Under the pieces are notes generated by a model, which ran no database searches, was not told the DNA's origin, and saw only the letters and a list, made by a program, of their open reading frames with translations. A stretch of 64,000 nucleotides of DNA. Source: a virus. The stretch is from positions 1 to 64,000 of the IMG/VR virus record IMGVR_UViG_3300035698_007281, one strand, 5' to 3'. Made by a program: the position numbers and the translations under genes. The first letter of the stretch is position 1, and the number at the start of each line of letters is the position of its first letter. This document shows positions 9,019-18,045 of this stretch, piece by piece.

Positions 9019-11730
9019 ATGGCGTCGAAGTTGACCGAGTTGTATGTTCAGTTCTCGACCAAAGGACTGGCCCGTGTCCAGGGCGCGATGGGCAAACTTC
9101 ACGCCAACATGAAGACCATCAGCGCGGGGGCCGATCAGATTGGGCGACACACCAAGAGGGCGCTTATGGCCGTTGGTGGGTTCGCGGCCTTGGCCATCCG
9201 TGAGGCGGCTAAGTTCGAGGCCCAGTTGGCCGAAGTCAACACCATGTTGGACAAGGGGTCGATGCACCACCTCGCCAATTACGAGAAGGGCCTTCGTCGG
9301 TTGGCCACCACCTACGGCGAGTCCACCCAGACCCTGGCCAAGGGTCTGTACGACATTCTCTCGGCCTCGGTCGAACCGGGTAAGGCTATGCAAGTCCTGG
9401 AGGTCTCAACCAGAGCGGCCGCCGGTGGACTGACCGACACTGGTGTGGCGGCCGACGCCATCACCACCATCCTCAACGCCTACGGCATGAACGCGGCCGA
9501 GGCCGGGGACATCTCCGACAAACTCTTCGCCACCGTCAAGCGGGGTAAGATCACGTTCGGCCAGTTGGCCTCCTCCATCGGTAAGGTTGCGGCCACCGGC
9601 AACATGGCGGGTCTTAGCTTGGAGGAACTCTTGGCCTCGGTCAGTACCATCACACGCGCGGGCATCTCGGCCGATCAGGCGATGACGGCCATCCAGGGAA
9701 CTCTTCGTTCGTTCTTGAAACCCGCCACCGAGGCCAAGAAGGTCTTCAAGGAATTGTATGGACGAGAGATGAATGTTGCCACCCTGAGGGCCGAAGGCCT
9801 ACAGAAGATACTCCTCGGACTGAAGGACGCCACCGCGCAGCAAGTGGCGGCCATGTTTCCGAACATTAGAGGGTTGAAGGGCGTAGCGGCGGCCATGGGT
9901 GACGCGGCCGGGCTGGCCACGGATCTCACCATGCAAATGAACGCCGGAGGGATGGCCACCGACGCCTTCCGTAAACGGCAACAGACATTGTCCTTCCAGT
10001 TAAACCGAGTGAAACAGGGCTTCTTTGAGATCCTCCGGGCCGTGGGTAAAGCGTTGATGCCGGAGATGAGAGAGTTCTCAGACTGGATGTTGAGCCTCAC
10101 GCGCGCCATCGCCAGGAATGCGGACAAGATCGCGGCTTGGATCAAGAAGATCGTCATGGTCGGGATCAAGGTCTTGGCCGTGGTTGGGACCATCAAACTG
10201 ATCACCGCCGCCCTGGGTGTGTTGAATTCCGTCATGCAGGGATCTCCGATTGGAATCATCCTCCGGATCGCCGCCGCCGTTGCGATCTCGATGGGGGCGT
10301 GGAGCGCGTTCGACGGGATCATGGGAGACGTAAAGAAGGGAATGGATGGGTTCATTGAGTCATCCAGAACTCTGACCGACATCATGGAAGACCAGCGGGA
10401 GGCGATGGAGTCGGGACAGGCCGAGTCCCGTGGAATGGTGGATGAGTTGGAGTCCATCATCAACAGCGAGGACCGGTCCTACACCGCGCACGCGAGGGTG
10501 TCCGAGATCATTTCAGAACTCTCGATGAAGTATCCCAAGTTGGCTAGTATCTTAAGCCGGTTGACGGGGGACCAGGAGGCGCAGACGAACGCCGTCAAGG
10601 ACTACAGCAAGGCCCTCGTGGAACAACAACGGCAAGAAGCCCAGGCCCTTCGGAAGAAGGAACTGGGTCAGGCCCAGGATCAGTACACAAAAGTCCAACG
10701 GCGTCGAGGTTCTATTGACAAGGACATCGAGAAGTTCACAGCGATGGAGGTCAAGCGGCGGGCCGCAAGGACTTTGTACGCCGGGAGGGTTGCGAAACAA
10801 TCTACCTTTGGGACCAATATGGGGGATGCTTGGTCGGCCGTGGGTGGAGAGTCCGAGACCGGGAAGTACAGGAAGGCCAAGAAGGACCACATCTACGCCA
10901 AACAAAGGTTGAAGGAACTCCATGAGGAGAAGAAGAAACTTGGGAGACAAGCGGGGGAATCCCAGGGCGTCTTCGACAAGTACAACAAACAGGACGCGAT
11001 GGAGCGTGAGGCCGAGAAGTCCCGCGCGAAACGCAAGAAGGATCTGGCCACTAGGGTCTCCAAAGATACTACACGCGAGGAAGCCGAGGCAGCCAAGAAA
11101 CTCGCGGACGAGCGTGGGAAGAACAACCTAAAGGCGAACGTTGCCCTTGTCAAGTCTGAATGGAATGGTGTCGAAGACAAACACAAACGGGAACTCGGTC
11201 TGATGAAGGTCCGCCACTTCGAGGAGAAGAAGTCCGCCGAGAAGTTGAACGTGGACATGGGCATCATCAAGAAGCGTCAGGCCGTCGAGATCGCCAACCT
11301 TGAAGCGAGGACGGCCGAGGAGAACGCCAAGAAAGCGGAGCGCCTGGCGGATCACAAACAAGGTAAGTCCCGATCCTGGCGTCAGGATCTGACCAGTGGC
11401 ATCATGAAGGGTCTCCCGGAAGACATGCGCCGGAAGCTGGAGGCTGATGACTGGTGGGGGAAAATGTATGATCGGATGAGTGAAGAGGAACGAGCCAATC
11501 CGGAGATTGCGGCGGCGGCCAAGGAAGTCTACCACAGTATGGTCGAGGGGGCGGCTCCTGGTGGATCGTTCCAGGGACTGGGGGCGGTCTCGAAACAGGC
11601 GCAACAACAGGCCTTCAAACAAGACTCTACGATGGTCAAACTTTATGGACTGGCGAAGGAACAGATGGAGTTGTTCCGGAAGTGGGACAAGGAAAAGGCC
11701 GACAAGGCCGTGGCCAAACTTGGCCCCTGA
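9019..11730 (+). CDS. Tape measure protein (TP901-type core)
   Basis: 903 aa helical; LAKGLYDILSA, ISDKLFATV..G.ITF.QLA..IGKV. Confidence 0.92.
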   Translation: MASKLTELYVQFSTKGLARVQGAMGKLHANMKTISAGADQIGRHTKRALMAVGGFAALAIREAAKFEAQLAEVNTMLDKGSMHHLANYEKGLRRLATTYGESTQTLAKGLYDILSASVEPGKAMQVLEVSTRAAAGGLTDTGVAADAITTILNAYGMNAAEAGDISDKLFATVKRGKITFGQLASSIGKVAATGNMAGLSLEELLASVSTITRAGISADQAMTAIQGTLRSFLKPATEAKKVFKELYGREMNVATLRAEGLQKILLGLKDATAQQVAAMFPNIRGLKGVAAAMGDAAGLATDLTMQMNAGGMATDAFRKRQQTLSFQLNRVKQGFFEILRAVGKALMPEMREFSDWMLSLTRAIARNADKIAAWIKKIVMVGIKVLAVVGTIKLITAALGVLNSVMQGSPIGIILRIAAAVAISMGAWSAFDGIMGDVKKGMDGFIESSRTLTDIMEDQREAMESGQAESRGMVDELESIINSEDRSYTAHARVSEIISELSMKYPKLASILSRLTGDQEAQTNAVKDYSKALVEQQRQEAQALRKKELGQAQDQYTKVQRRRGSIDKDIEKFTAMEVKRRAARTLYAGRVAKQSTFGTNMGDAWSAVGGESETGKYRKAKKDHIYAKQRLKELHEEKKKLGRQAGESQGVFDKYNKQDAMEREAEKSRAKRKKDLATRVSKDTTREEAEAAKKLADERGKNNLKANVALVKSEWNGVEDKHKRELGLMKVRHFEEKKSAEKLNVDMGIIKKRQAVEIANLEARTAEENAKKAERLADHKQGKSRSWRQDLTSGIMKGLPEDMRRKLEADDWWGKMYDRMSEEERANPEIAAAAKEVYHSMVEGAAPGGSFQGLGAVSKQAQQQAFKQDSTMVKLYGLAKEQMELFRKWDKEKADKAVAKLGP

Positions 11731-11742
11731 GGAGAGTGACTT

Positions 11743-12513
11743 ATGGCAGCAGTTCTGAGTGATGCAACCAAACTATGGGACGGGTACTCCGAGGGACACA
11801 CCACCTCGGCCCAGACGATCACCGAAACGTATCGGTGCGCGTGGAGTGATCGGACTGCTATACGTTCGTCGTTCATGGGATCGTTCCACTCGGAGTTCGT
11901 TTACGATGTCTGCACTGATGTAAAGGTCAGGCCCCTGGGAGATCCGAACACGGTCGCGGGCGGTCCCAAACAAGCACTCCTCACATGCACCTACAAACCG
12001 GCGACCTTCGTGACACCGGAGGAGCGGCCGGTTGATACGGATTGGGCCAACTGGACTGAGAACTGGCAAAGCGGCGGCGAGGCCCTCCAGATGGGTAAGG
12101 GATTCAAGTGGTCCACCGCCCCGAAATCTGACCTGTCGAAGACCGGGGTCCAGGCCGTTCGGGTGTTCCCCAACGCGGCCCTCTCGATCACCGGCAAAGT
12201 GAACACCGTCTCGAAGGCTGATATCCTCTCAACCATCGGAAAAGTCAATTCGACGGCCGTGACCATCAAAGGGTACGAGTACCCCATTGGGAAACTTCTT
12301 TTTGAGGGTGCGGATCTCAACGAACAACAGCAAGCCGACGCCTCCGACGCGGCCTACAATGTGACCCTGAAGTTCTCCTACAAACACGTCTCCATCTGGA
12401 ACCAGATCTGGAGGCCGGACACCTCAAAGTGGGACGGGATCGAGGATCAGGCCGGGAACCCGATGTATTCCGAGGCGGACTTCACAGCGACCCTAGATCC
12501 TTCGACGTGGTAA
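11743..12513 (+). CDS. Distal tail / tail tip protein
   Basis: Directly after the tape measure; IGKVNS, GKLLFEGA motifs. Confidence 0.55.
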   Translation: MAAVLSDATKLWDGYSEGHTTSAQTITETYRCAWSDRTAIRSSFMGSFHSEFVYDVCTDVKVRPLGDPNTVAGGPKQALLTCTYKPATFVTPEERPVDTDWANWTENWQSGGEALQMGKGFKWSTAPKSDLSKTGVQAVRVFPNAALSITGKVNTVSKADILSTIGKVNSTAVTIKGYEYPIGKLLFEGADLNEQQQADASDAAYNVTLKFSYKHVSIWNQIWRPDTSKWDGIEDQAGNPMYSEADFTATLDPSTW

Positions 12514-12517
12514 ACCA

Positions 12518-13690
12518 ATGCCGACTCAACCAAAAAGATTGGCGGACTGGAAGTCAGGGGATCCCCTCTCGGCCGCGAGGCTGAACGAGGTCCAGCATAT
12601 TCTCCGGAGTATCCTCCGGGTATCGGCCCCCCTCCAACTACAAAGTCTCACGGGGGGCCTGTACCTGACCATGGACGAGGCCGGTGGGGGTTGGTTTGGT
12701 GAGGTTGTCGCGTCGGATCTGGTATCCACGTCGGACTACTCCGACGCGCGGTACTTCGTCAAGCCGGTGGATGCGGCCACCGATGGATCCGGCGATGATG
12801 CCATGGTTGCGGTATTCGACGCCGTCTTCCCGGCGGCGGCCGACTCTGATACCATCACGGCCACCAATATCCGAGAACTGGGGAAGGACACACATGGCCT
12901 GACCACTGGGGACAAGGTCTGGATCTTCGATGTCCCCCGCACGGGTAACGATGCACTCAACGACCATTTCTTCCTCAAGGACGTTCCCGCCGGGCGGAAG
13001 TTCGCATTGGCAAAACAGAACTGGTCCACCAGTATCTACCCCTCGGCGGGCCAGTGCCGGGTGATCCCGATGACTGATGAACAGATCCCTCCGGTCAATT
13101 CCGACGGAGAGATCACCGCCTTCATCTTCGGGCCAAGTGATACGAACAGCAGATCCTGGGGAACGCCCAACGTTGTCTCCGGGATGGTCGTGTCTTACAC
13201 CATGGACGCCAACGGGAAGGCCTGGATCGATTATCCCCCATCGGCCGTCCAGGACGGTGTGGCGGCTCGATCCCTGGAGATGTGGAACGGCCCCTCCGAT
13301 TCGATGCCCTCCGGGTGGGTGTTCTGTAATGGCCTCCTTGGGACGCCTGATATGCGGGGGCGTGTACCCGTGGGCGTGTGGAGTGACACGGGGGGAATCC
13401 CCGCCGGTCTGGCGGCCAGTGACTCGGTTGGGGAGACCGGAGATTACGCCGCGCCGATGGAGGTTGGTGGGACGCCGTTCATGAAGAACGTCTATGTGGA
13501 ACATGATCCCCACGGCCACACAACCACAACTTGTATTGCCAGCCAACAGGCCTTGGATTTTACATTCGTGTATACAATCAACGCGGCGACCGTGGCGGCC
13601 CATTCGGACTGGTACGATTTCCGGCAACCCTACACTGTGGTCGGGTTCATGATGAGATCTGATAACTCGATCACCTGGACAGGAGAGTAG
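12518..13690 (+). CDS. Tail tip/fibre protein with a tail-collar domain
   Basis: MWNG....PSGWVFCNG..GTPDMRGRVPVG and QPY.VVGFMMR collar motifs. Confidence 0.75.
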   Translation: MPTQPKRLADWKSGDPLSAARLNEVQHILRSILRVSAPLQLQSLTGGLYLTMDEAGGGWFGEVVASDLVSTSDYSDARYFVKPVDAATDGSGDDAMVAVFDAVFPAAADSDTITATNIRELGKDTHGLTTGDKVWIFDVPRTGNDALNDHFFLKDVPAGRKFALAKQNWSTSIYPSAGQCRVIPMTDEQIPPVNSDGEITAFIFGPSDTNSRSWGTPNVVSGMVVSYTMDANGKAWIDYPPSAVQDGVAARSLEMWNGPSDSMPSGWVFCNGLLGTPDMRGRVPVGVWSDTGGIPAGLAASDSVGETGDYAAPMEVGGTPFMKNVYVEHDPHGHTTTTCIASQQALDFTFVYTINAATVAAHSDWYDFRQPYTVVGFMMRSDNSITWTGE

Positions 13691-13694
13691 AACC

Positions 13695-14246
13695 TTGGGA
13701 GAGGAAAAATTCAACATCGAGAACGCGGCGGCCTTCGTCAACTGTTTCCCACGGGGCCACTGTGACCCGACGATCCCCGTGTGGTTGATCCAGGCGGGCC
13801 TCTCGGCCAAACGATTCATGACGTACTCGAAGCGGGAGTACCCCATCGAGACGTGTTACAATCTCGCCATCAAGGCGGCCATTGAGAATCCGGTCCTGAA
13901 GGATGTGGGTTGGTTCATCTTCAGCGACAACGATATGATCCTCGGCGAGGAACTTCAACCCTGGTTCTCGGCCGAGGGTGACGTGGTGGGGGTGACTTAC
14001 GATATGGGGGATCTCAACCGAACCTGGGGGAGGTCGGATTCGTTTCATTCTGGACTCTGGCGGGCGAGGCGGGATGTCCTCGAAAGGGTTCACGCGCCGT
14101 GGTTCGATACGGTCTTGACTGACGATGGGTGTGACATCGACAAATGTTGTTGTGAGTATTTCGCCCGGAAGGTTCGCGCCTACGGGTATACAATCACCCG
14201 CGCCGGTTGGGCCGGTCACGGGGTTTCAACAGGTCAGCAAACCTGA
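13695..14246 (+). CDS. GT-A fold glycosyltransferase-like protein (start uncertain, TTG)
   Basis: WFIFSDNDM DxD motif; HSGLWRARRDVL...PWF; CCCEYF where GED is usual; terminal GH. Confidence 0.6.
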   Translation: MGEEKFNIENAAAFVNCFPRGHCDPTIPVWLIQAGLSAKRFMTYSKREYPIETCYNLAIKAAIENPVLKDVGWFIFSDNDMILGEELQPWFSAEGDVVGVTYDMGDLNRTWGRSDSFHSGLWRARRDVLERVHAPWFDTVLTDDGCDIDKCCCEYFARKVRAYGYTITRAGWAGHGVSTGQQT

Positions 14247-14262
14247 CCAAGGAGATGACGCC

Positions 14263-15003
14263 ATGAAGAAGCTGACGATCCTCGCCGTTGTTCTCACAAT
14301 CCCGTTGATCGCGTTATTTGCATGTTCGGACGCCTACCCTTTCAGGCCCGTCGCGGATCAACAGGTCGTCCTGGCCTCTGAGGGGGTCCCTGTGGAACTC
14401 GCCAAGGCCGAGGCGGCCGTGGAGGGGGAGGTGTCCTTGGCGCTCGTTAAAGAGGCCAAGGAGGCCTCCAAGGCGGTCGGGAAATACGTCCGGGGCGGGG
14501 GCGACTCGAAAAACGTATGGAAGCCCAGCGAGGCCACCAAACAAGTGGCGGGCCTAGTCGTGACGGATCTCCGGAAGGCCATGGAGTTGGAGGAGGGTCC
14601 GGAGGCCTCGGCGGCCCTGGCGGCCGCGCACGAGAAGGCGGCCCAGGTCCAGGCCTGGGTGGGTTTCCCGGAGATCCCCCTAGTTCCCCTCGACCCGATC
14701 AACAAGGAAGCATTCCTCCGGGTCCAGGCCCAACCGGTCATCCCCACCGCCTCCGACCGGGTCAATGCCGGGATTGACGAGGGAATGGCCTGGGCTGATA
14801 TAGCGGCCCTGATCGCGTCCGGCTTTGGCGCGGGTGGGGCGGCCGTCGGCCTAATCTACCTCCGCAACCGGAAGCAAGTCCGGGCGGCCCAGGAAGTCCT
14901 GAAGAATGGCGTGAAGCCTCTGACCGATGAACAAGCCGACCGCCTCCTGACTCAACTGGAGGAGCGGGCGAAGGAGACAGACAATGAACCTACGAAGGCC
15001 TAA
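14263..15003 (+). CDS. Lipoprotein with a C-terminal transmembrane helix (unimolecular spanin-like topology)
   Basis: AGGAG RBS; MKKLTILAVVLTIPLIALFAC lipobox; helical middle; hydrophobic IAALIASGFGAGGAAVGLIYL near the C-terminus. Confidence 0.55.
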   Translation: MKKLTILAVVLTIPLIALFACSDAYPFRPVADQQVVLASEGVPVELAKAEAAVEGEVSLALVKEAKEASKAVGKYVRGGGDSKNVWKPSEATKQVAGLVVTDLRKAMELEEGPEASAALAAAHEKAAQVQAWVGFPEIPLVPLDPINKEAFLRVQAQPVIPTASDRVNAGIDEGMAWADIAALIASGFGAGGAAVGLIYLRNRKQVRAAQEVLKNGVKPLTDEQADRLLTQLEERAKETDNEPTKA

Positions 15004-15736
15004 ACTTTTCATTCTCGCCTTGACCGCCGTAGTGGTTCTGGGGTGCGCCGATACTGGCGCACCCCAGACCGTTGTGGTCCACGTTCCTCCCCGACAGGTC
15101 CAGGTCACCGAGTGGCCGGATCAATCGGGGGTCGTGCCTGTGTGGTGCGCTTTCCAGATCAAGGACGCCTGGGCATCCCCTATTTTTCGTGGGTCCGGGA
15201 CCGTTGTCCGGAAAGAGGGGGGTAAATGGTGGATTCTGACCTGTGAACACGTCATTTCATTCCAATCCCTGAAGTGGGTAGGGGTGACCGGTGTGAAGAT
15301 CTACTTGGGGAACGGGAAGCGGCTCTGTACGGTATTCCGTAGGGATCCCCTGTCAGACCTTGCAGTCCTGGAGATCGTTGATCCTGGGGCATCCTGGCGG
15401 CCCTACCGGGTATCCACGGAGGCCTTGGCCATGGGCCAGAAGGTCTTCTCCCTGGGGGTTGGTCTGGTTCCGCCCCTGGGGGAGGGAGATCCGCCGGTCT
15501 ATGCCACCCACACCCAACCGGGCCACGTATCCTCGGCAACGGTGGATCCACAGATCCCCACCAATTGTTCGATCAAGGGCGGCTTCTCCGGCGGCCCCCT
15601 CCTGAACACCAGGGGAGAACTGATCGGGGTCAACCGCGCGGCCAATGGGCCTGGGTATTCCTACCACATCCCGATCACCCAGGCCATGATCGTCGAGGAG
15701 GTCTGGACTACGCCAGCGCGACCTTCCGGCCCGTGA
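14984..15736 (+). CDS. Trypsin-like (S1) serine protease, lipoprotein
   Basis: VVLGC lipobox; triad motifs ILTCEHV, DLAVL, GFSGGPL. Confidence 0.85.
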   Translation: MNLRRPKLFILALTAVVVLGCADTGAPQTVVVHVPPRQVQVTEWPDQSGVVPVWCAFQIKDAWASPIFRGSGTVVRKEGGKWWILTCEHVISFQSLKWVGVTGVKIYLGNGKRLCTVFRRDPLSDLAVLEIVDPGASWRPYRVSTEALAMGQKVFSLGVGLVPPLGEGDPPVYATHTQPGHVSSATVDPQIPTNCSIKGGFSGGPLLNTRGELIGVNRAANGPGYSYHIPITQAMIVEEVWTTPARPSGP

Positions 15737-16253
15737 TCTTCTCCCGGATCTCGTTGAGGATCTTGTTCTGGCGGTAGCGGGGGATTCCCAGGAACTCGAA
15801 GACCCGTTTCCGCTTTGTGACGGGGTTGGTCTTGTTCGGGATGATCAGGCCCTCGGCTCCGTTTGCCATGGCCTCGGCGAAGGCCAAGGCGTCCTTCGAC
15901 GGGGCGTTGATGAACAGGGCGCTGATCTTGGGGGTGGTAGCGTCAGCGGCGGTCAACCCATCCACGTCGTATTCGTATATGGTGCGGACCCGTTTCCTCA
16001 TGGCCTTGTCGAGGAGTTTGGAGAAGCATTGGCCCAGGCGGGTGTGAAAGGGGGTCATGAACGAACTACGGGCCGGGTCGAAGTCTTCGACCAGTTTGAT
16101 GTATACGATCATCCCCTCCTGGACGATGTCATCGTACTGGATCGCGCCGGGTTTGGGCATTCTCGCCCAGCAGTAGTTGGCCTGTTTGTGGACGAGTTTC
16201 ATGTACGACTCACGGTGTTCCTCGGTTCCGGGTTTGGCGGTGGTCTGGGTCAC
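15708..16253 (-). CDS. Phage sigma70-like factor (region 2)
   Basis: YDDIVQEGMIVYIKLVEDFDPARSSF.T; AAAGGA RBS before GTG at 16253. Confidence 0.7.
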   Translation of the reverse strand: MTQTTAKPGTEEHRESYMKLVHKQANYCWARMPKPGAIQYDDIVQEGMIVYIKLVEDFDPARSSFMTPFHTRLGQCFSKLLDKAMRKRVRTIYEYDVDGLTAADATTPKISALFINAPSKDALAFAEAMANGAEGLIIPNKTNPVTKRKRVFEFLGIPRYRQNKILNEIREKITGRKVALA

Positions 16254-16273
16254 GGGGCGTTCCTTTGGGTGGT

Positions 16274-16351
16274 AGACAAACAAGAAGCCGGGAACGAATG
16301 GGAAAGGGACGGGAACCCACTCGTTCGACCGGCTTCAAGTTCTGTTTGTCT
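16274..16351 (-). promoter_or_regulatory. Long imperfect hairpin in the 5' leader of the sigma-like gene
   Basis: Nested complementary blocks AGACAAACA/TGTTTGTCT, GAAGCCGG/CCGGCTTC, GAACGA/TCGTTC. Confidence 0.65.
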
Positions 16352-16388
16352 TGTCGTGATCACTGTGTTGTCCCTTGTGCGTCGGTTC

Positions 16389-16417
16389 AGTATATCGGGC
16401 GGCGGTGAGGTACGCAA
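16389..16417 (-). promoter_or_regulatory. Sigma70-type promoter for the sigma-like gene
   Basis: TTGCGT-17-TATACT with an upstream T-tract. Confidence 0.65.
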
Positions 16418-16440
16418 GAAGAAAATCAAGAAAGTTTCTC

Positions 16441-16635
16441 TCAGGCCGGTAGGGCCGTCTGGTCGGAGGTGTCGAAGTCGTAGGAACCTTCGGGGGTTTT
16501 GATCTGGACGATCAGGATACCGGCCACGTTGAATGGGTGGATCTCCCGGATCTCGTCCAGGTGGAGGGCCGCCTCCCCGTTCAGGCGGCGGAAGGTGTTG
16601 ATGGCCTTCAGGGCTTTGGCGATTGAGTATCTCAT
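16441..16635 (-). CDS. Small early hypothetical protein
   Basis: MRYSIAKAL...; RBS. Confidence 0.6.
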   Translation of the reverse strand: MRYSIAKALKAINTFRRLNGEAALHLDEIREIHPFNVAGILIVQIKTPEGSYDFDTSDQTALPA

Positions 16636-16658
16636 GTTGAGTCCCTTTCTGGTTGGGT

Positions 16659-16955
16659 TTACTGGGCGAGGAGGAACATCGAGATATTGGCCATCTGCGC
16701 GGCGTTCGTCACGGTGTACTGGTCGATGACCTGGAGGCCTTCCTGGAGGCAAACGTGGGGGAGTCCACCGTTGATCTCACCGATGGTGAGGGTGGCGGTC
16801 CGGCCACCAACGAGTAGGCGGCCGATGGAGTAGCGGCTCTGGGGGTAGGCGAAGGCCTCAAACCCGTGGCGGTCGGCGGCGACTTCCATATCCTGGCCCA
16901 GGGTGATGAAGGCTTCGTGAACGTTCTTGATGATGATGTGGTTCGGGTTGGTCAT
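16659..16955 (-). CDS. Small early hypothetical protein
   Basis: 98 aa directly after a promoter cassette. Confidence 0.65.
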   Translation of the reverse strand: MTNPNHIIIKNVHEAFITLGQDMEVAADRHGFEAFAYPQSRYSIGRLLVGGRTATLTIGEINGGLPHVCLQEGLQVIDQYTVTNAAQMANISMFLLAQ

Positions 16956-17002
16956 GGTTGTGTCCCTTGGTCTCGTGTTCGGTTGTTTGCTTCACTGAGG
17001 GT

Positions 17003-17031
17003 ATTATCGGATGAACCGCCCAGGATGTCAA
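17003..17031 (-). promoter_or_regulatory. Repeated early sigma70 promoter
   Basis: TTGACA-17-GATAAT plus conserved leader CAGTGAAGCAAACAACCGAACAC. Confidence 0.85.
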
Positions 17032-17063
17032 GGACAATCTCAAAAAACTTTTCGGGTTGAAAA

Positions 17064-17306
17064 TCAACCCCCCTGGTAGATCTGGTAATCCTCACAGAGG
17101 ATCTCAATCAGCCGGGCCTTATCCCCCTCGGCCACGGACACCTGGACCTCCCCCACTTGATCGGCGGGGATCACACGATCCTCCCCCGTCTCAGGATCCC
17201 CCCACTCGCCGGAGAGGGTAACCTCCTCGGTCTCGGTGTCGTAGTCCGCCGAGAAGGACGTGGGGAACCGTCCACCCGTTTGGCAATCAACAAGACATTC
17301 GATCAT
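17064..17306 (-). CDS. Small acidic early hypothetical protein
   Basis: MIECLVDCQ...; GGGAGG RBS. Confidence 0.55.
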   Translation of the reverse strand: MIECLVDCQTGGRFPTSFSADYDTETEEVTLSGEWGDPETGEDRVIPADQVGEVQVSVAEGDKARLIEILCEDYQIYQGG

Positions 17307-17476
17307 GATGACCTCCCCCCTTCCTTGCAATGCCTCACCAACGCCATGTCCGCGCCCACCACACCTTTCAGCGTGTGGTGGAGTCGCTCCAGTTCGGAGT
17401 AGAATCTTCCGCGAAACCACTGGATGCCCTCCATCCAATGTGGCTTTCCAGAGAGTAGTTGTCCGGGATCTTCCAT
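17303..17476 (-). CDS. Small early hypothetical protein
   Basis: MEDPGQLL...; AAGGA RBS; ATGA overlap with the next gene. Confidence 0.5.
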   Translation of the reverse strand: MEDPGQLLSGKPHWMEGIQWFRGRFYSELERLHHTLKGVVGADMALVRHCKEGGRSS

Positions 17477-17526
17477 GGTGTTCCTTTCGTCCCCTCCCCC
17501 GGCGTGGGGGGGGTTGGTAGGTCGGC

Positions 17527-17943
17527 CTAGTAATCGATGAGGGCGGCGGCGGCGTTCACGTCGCCCTTGGCGGCGGCGGCCTTGACGGCGGCGTGTTCCT
17601 TGGCCATCCGGTTGTTGCGGTCGGCGGCCTCGACACACAGGGCCAGGAACTTCTTCACGGCGGTGGTGCGGGTTTGACAGACGAAGACCTTCCGGCCGTA
17701 CTCGTTACGGTAGACGTTTTTGTTCTTCCCGGCCAACCGGTCACTGGCGGCTTGGAACTTGACATCGTCCAGGGCCAACTCCGGGCCGACCAGATAGTGT
17801 GTGGGGGATTGGCGGTAGGGGCTTCTCATGATGCAGGGGCGAGTCCCGGTCCCGAAGCATCCGTAGAACTCCGGGCCGAGGAGGCCTTGTCCCTTACTGA
17901 AGCGGGCGGGGAGTTTGGTTTTGATCTGGTCGATGATGGTCAT
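17527..17943 (-). CDS. Early hypothetical protein
   Basis: 138 aa after a promoter cassette. Confidence 0.65.
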   Translation of the reverse strand: MTIIDQIKTKLPARFSKGQGLLGPEFYGCFGTGTRPCIMRSPYRQSPTHYLVGPELALDDVKFQAASDRLAGKNKNVYRNEYGRKVFVCQTRTTAVKKFLALCVEAADRNNRMAKEHAAVKAAAAKGDVNAAAALIDY

Positions 17944-17990
17944 GTCTGTGTCCCTTGTTCTCGTGTTCGGTTGTTTGCTTCACTGAGGGT

Positions 17991-18019
17991 ATTATCGGCG
18001 AGGGTGGTTCGTTTGTCAA
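17991..18019 (-). promoter_or_regulatory. Repeated early sigma70 promoter
   Basis: TTGACA-17-GATAAT plus conserved leader. Confidence 0.85.
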
Positions 18020-18045
18020 GGGGAAAATCAGATTTATTTTTGGGT

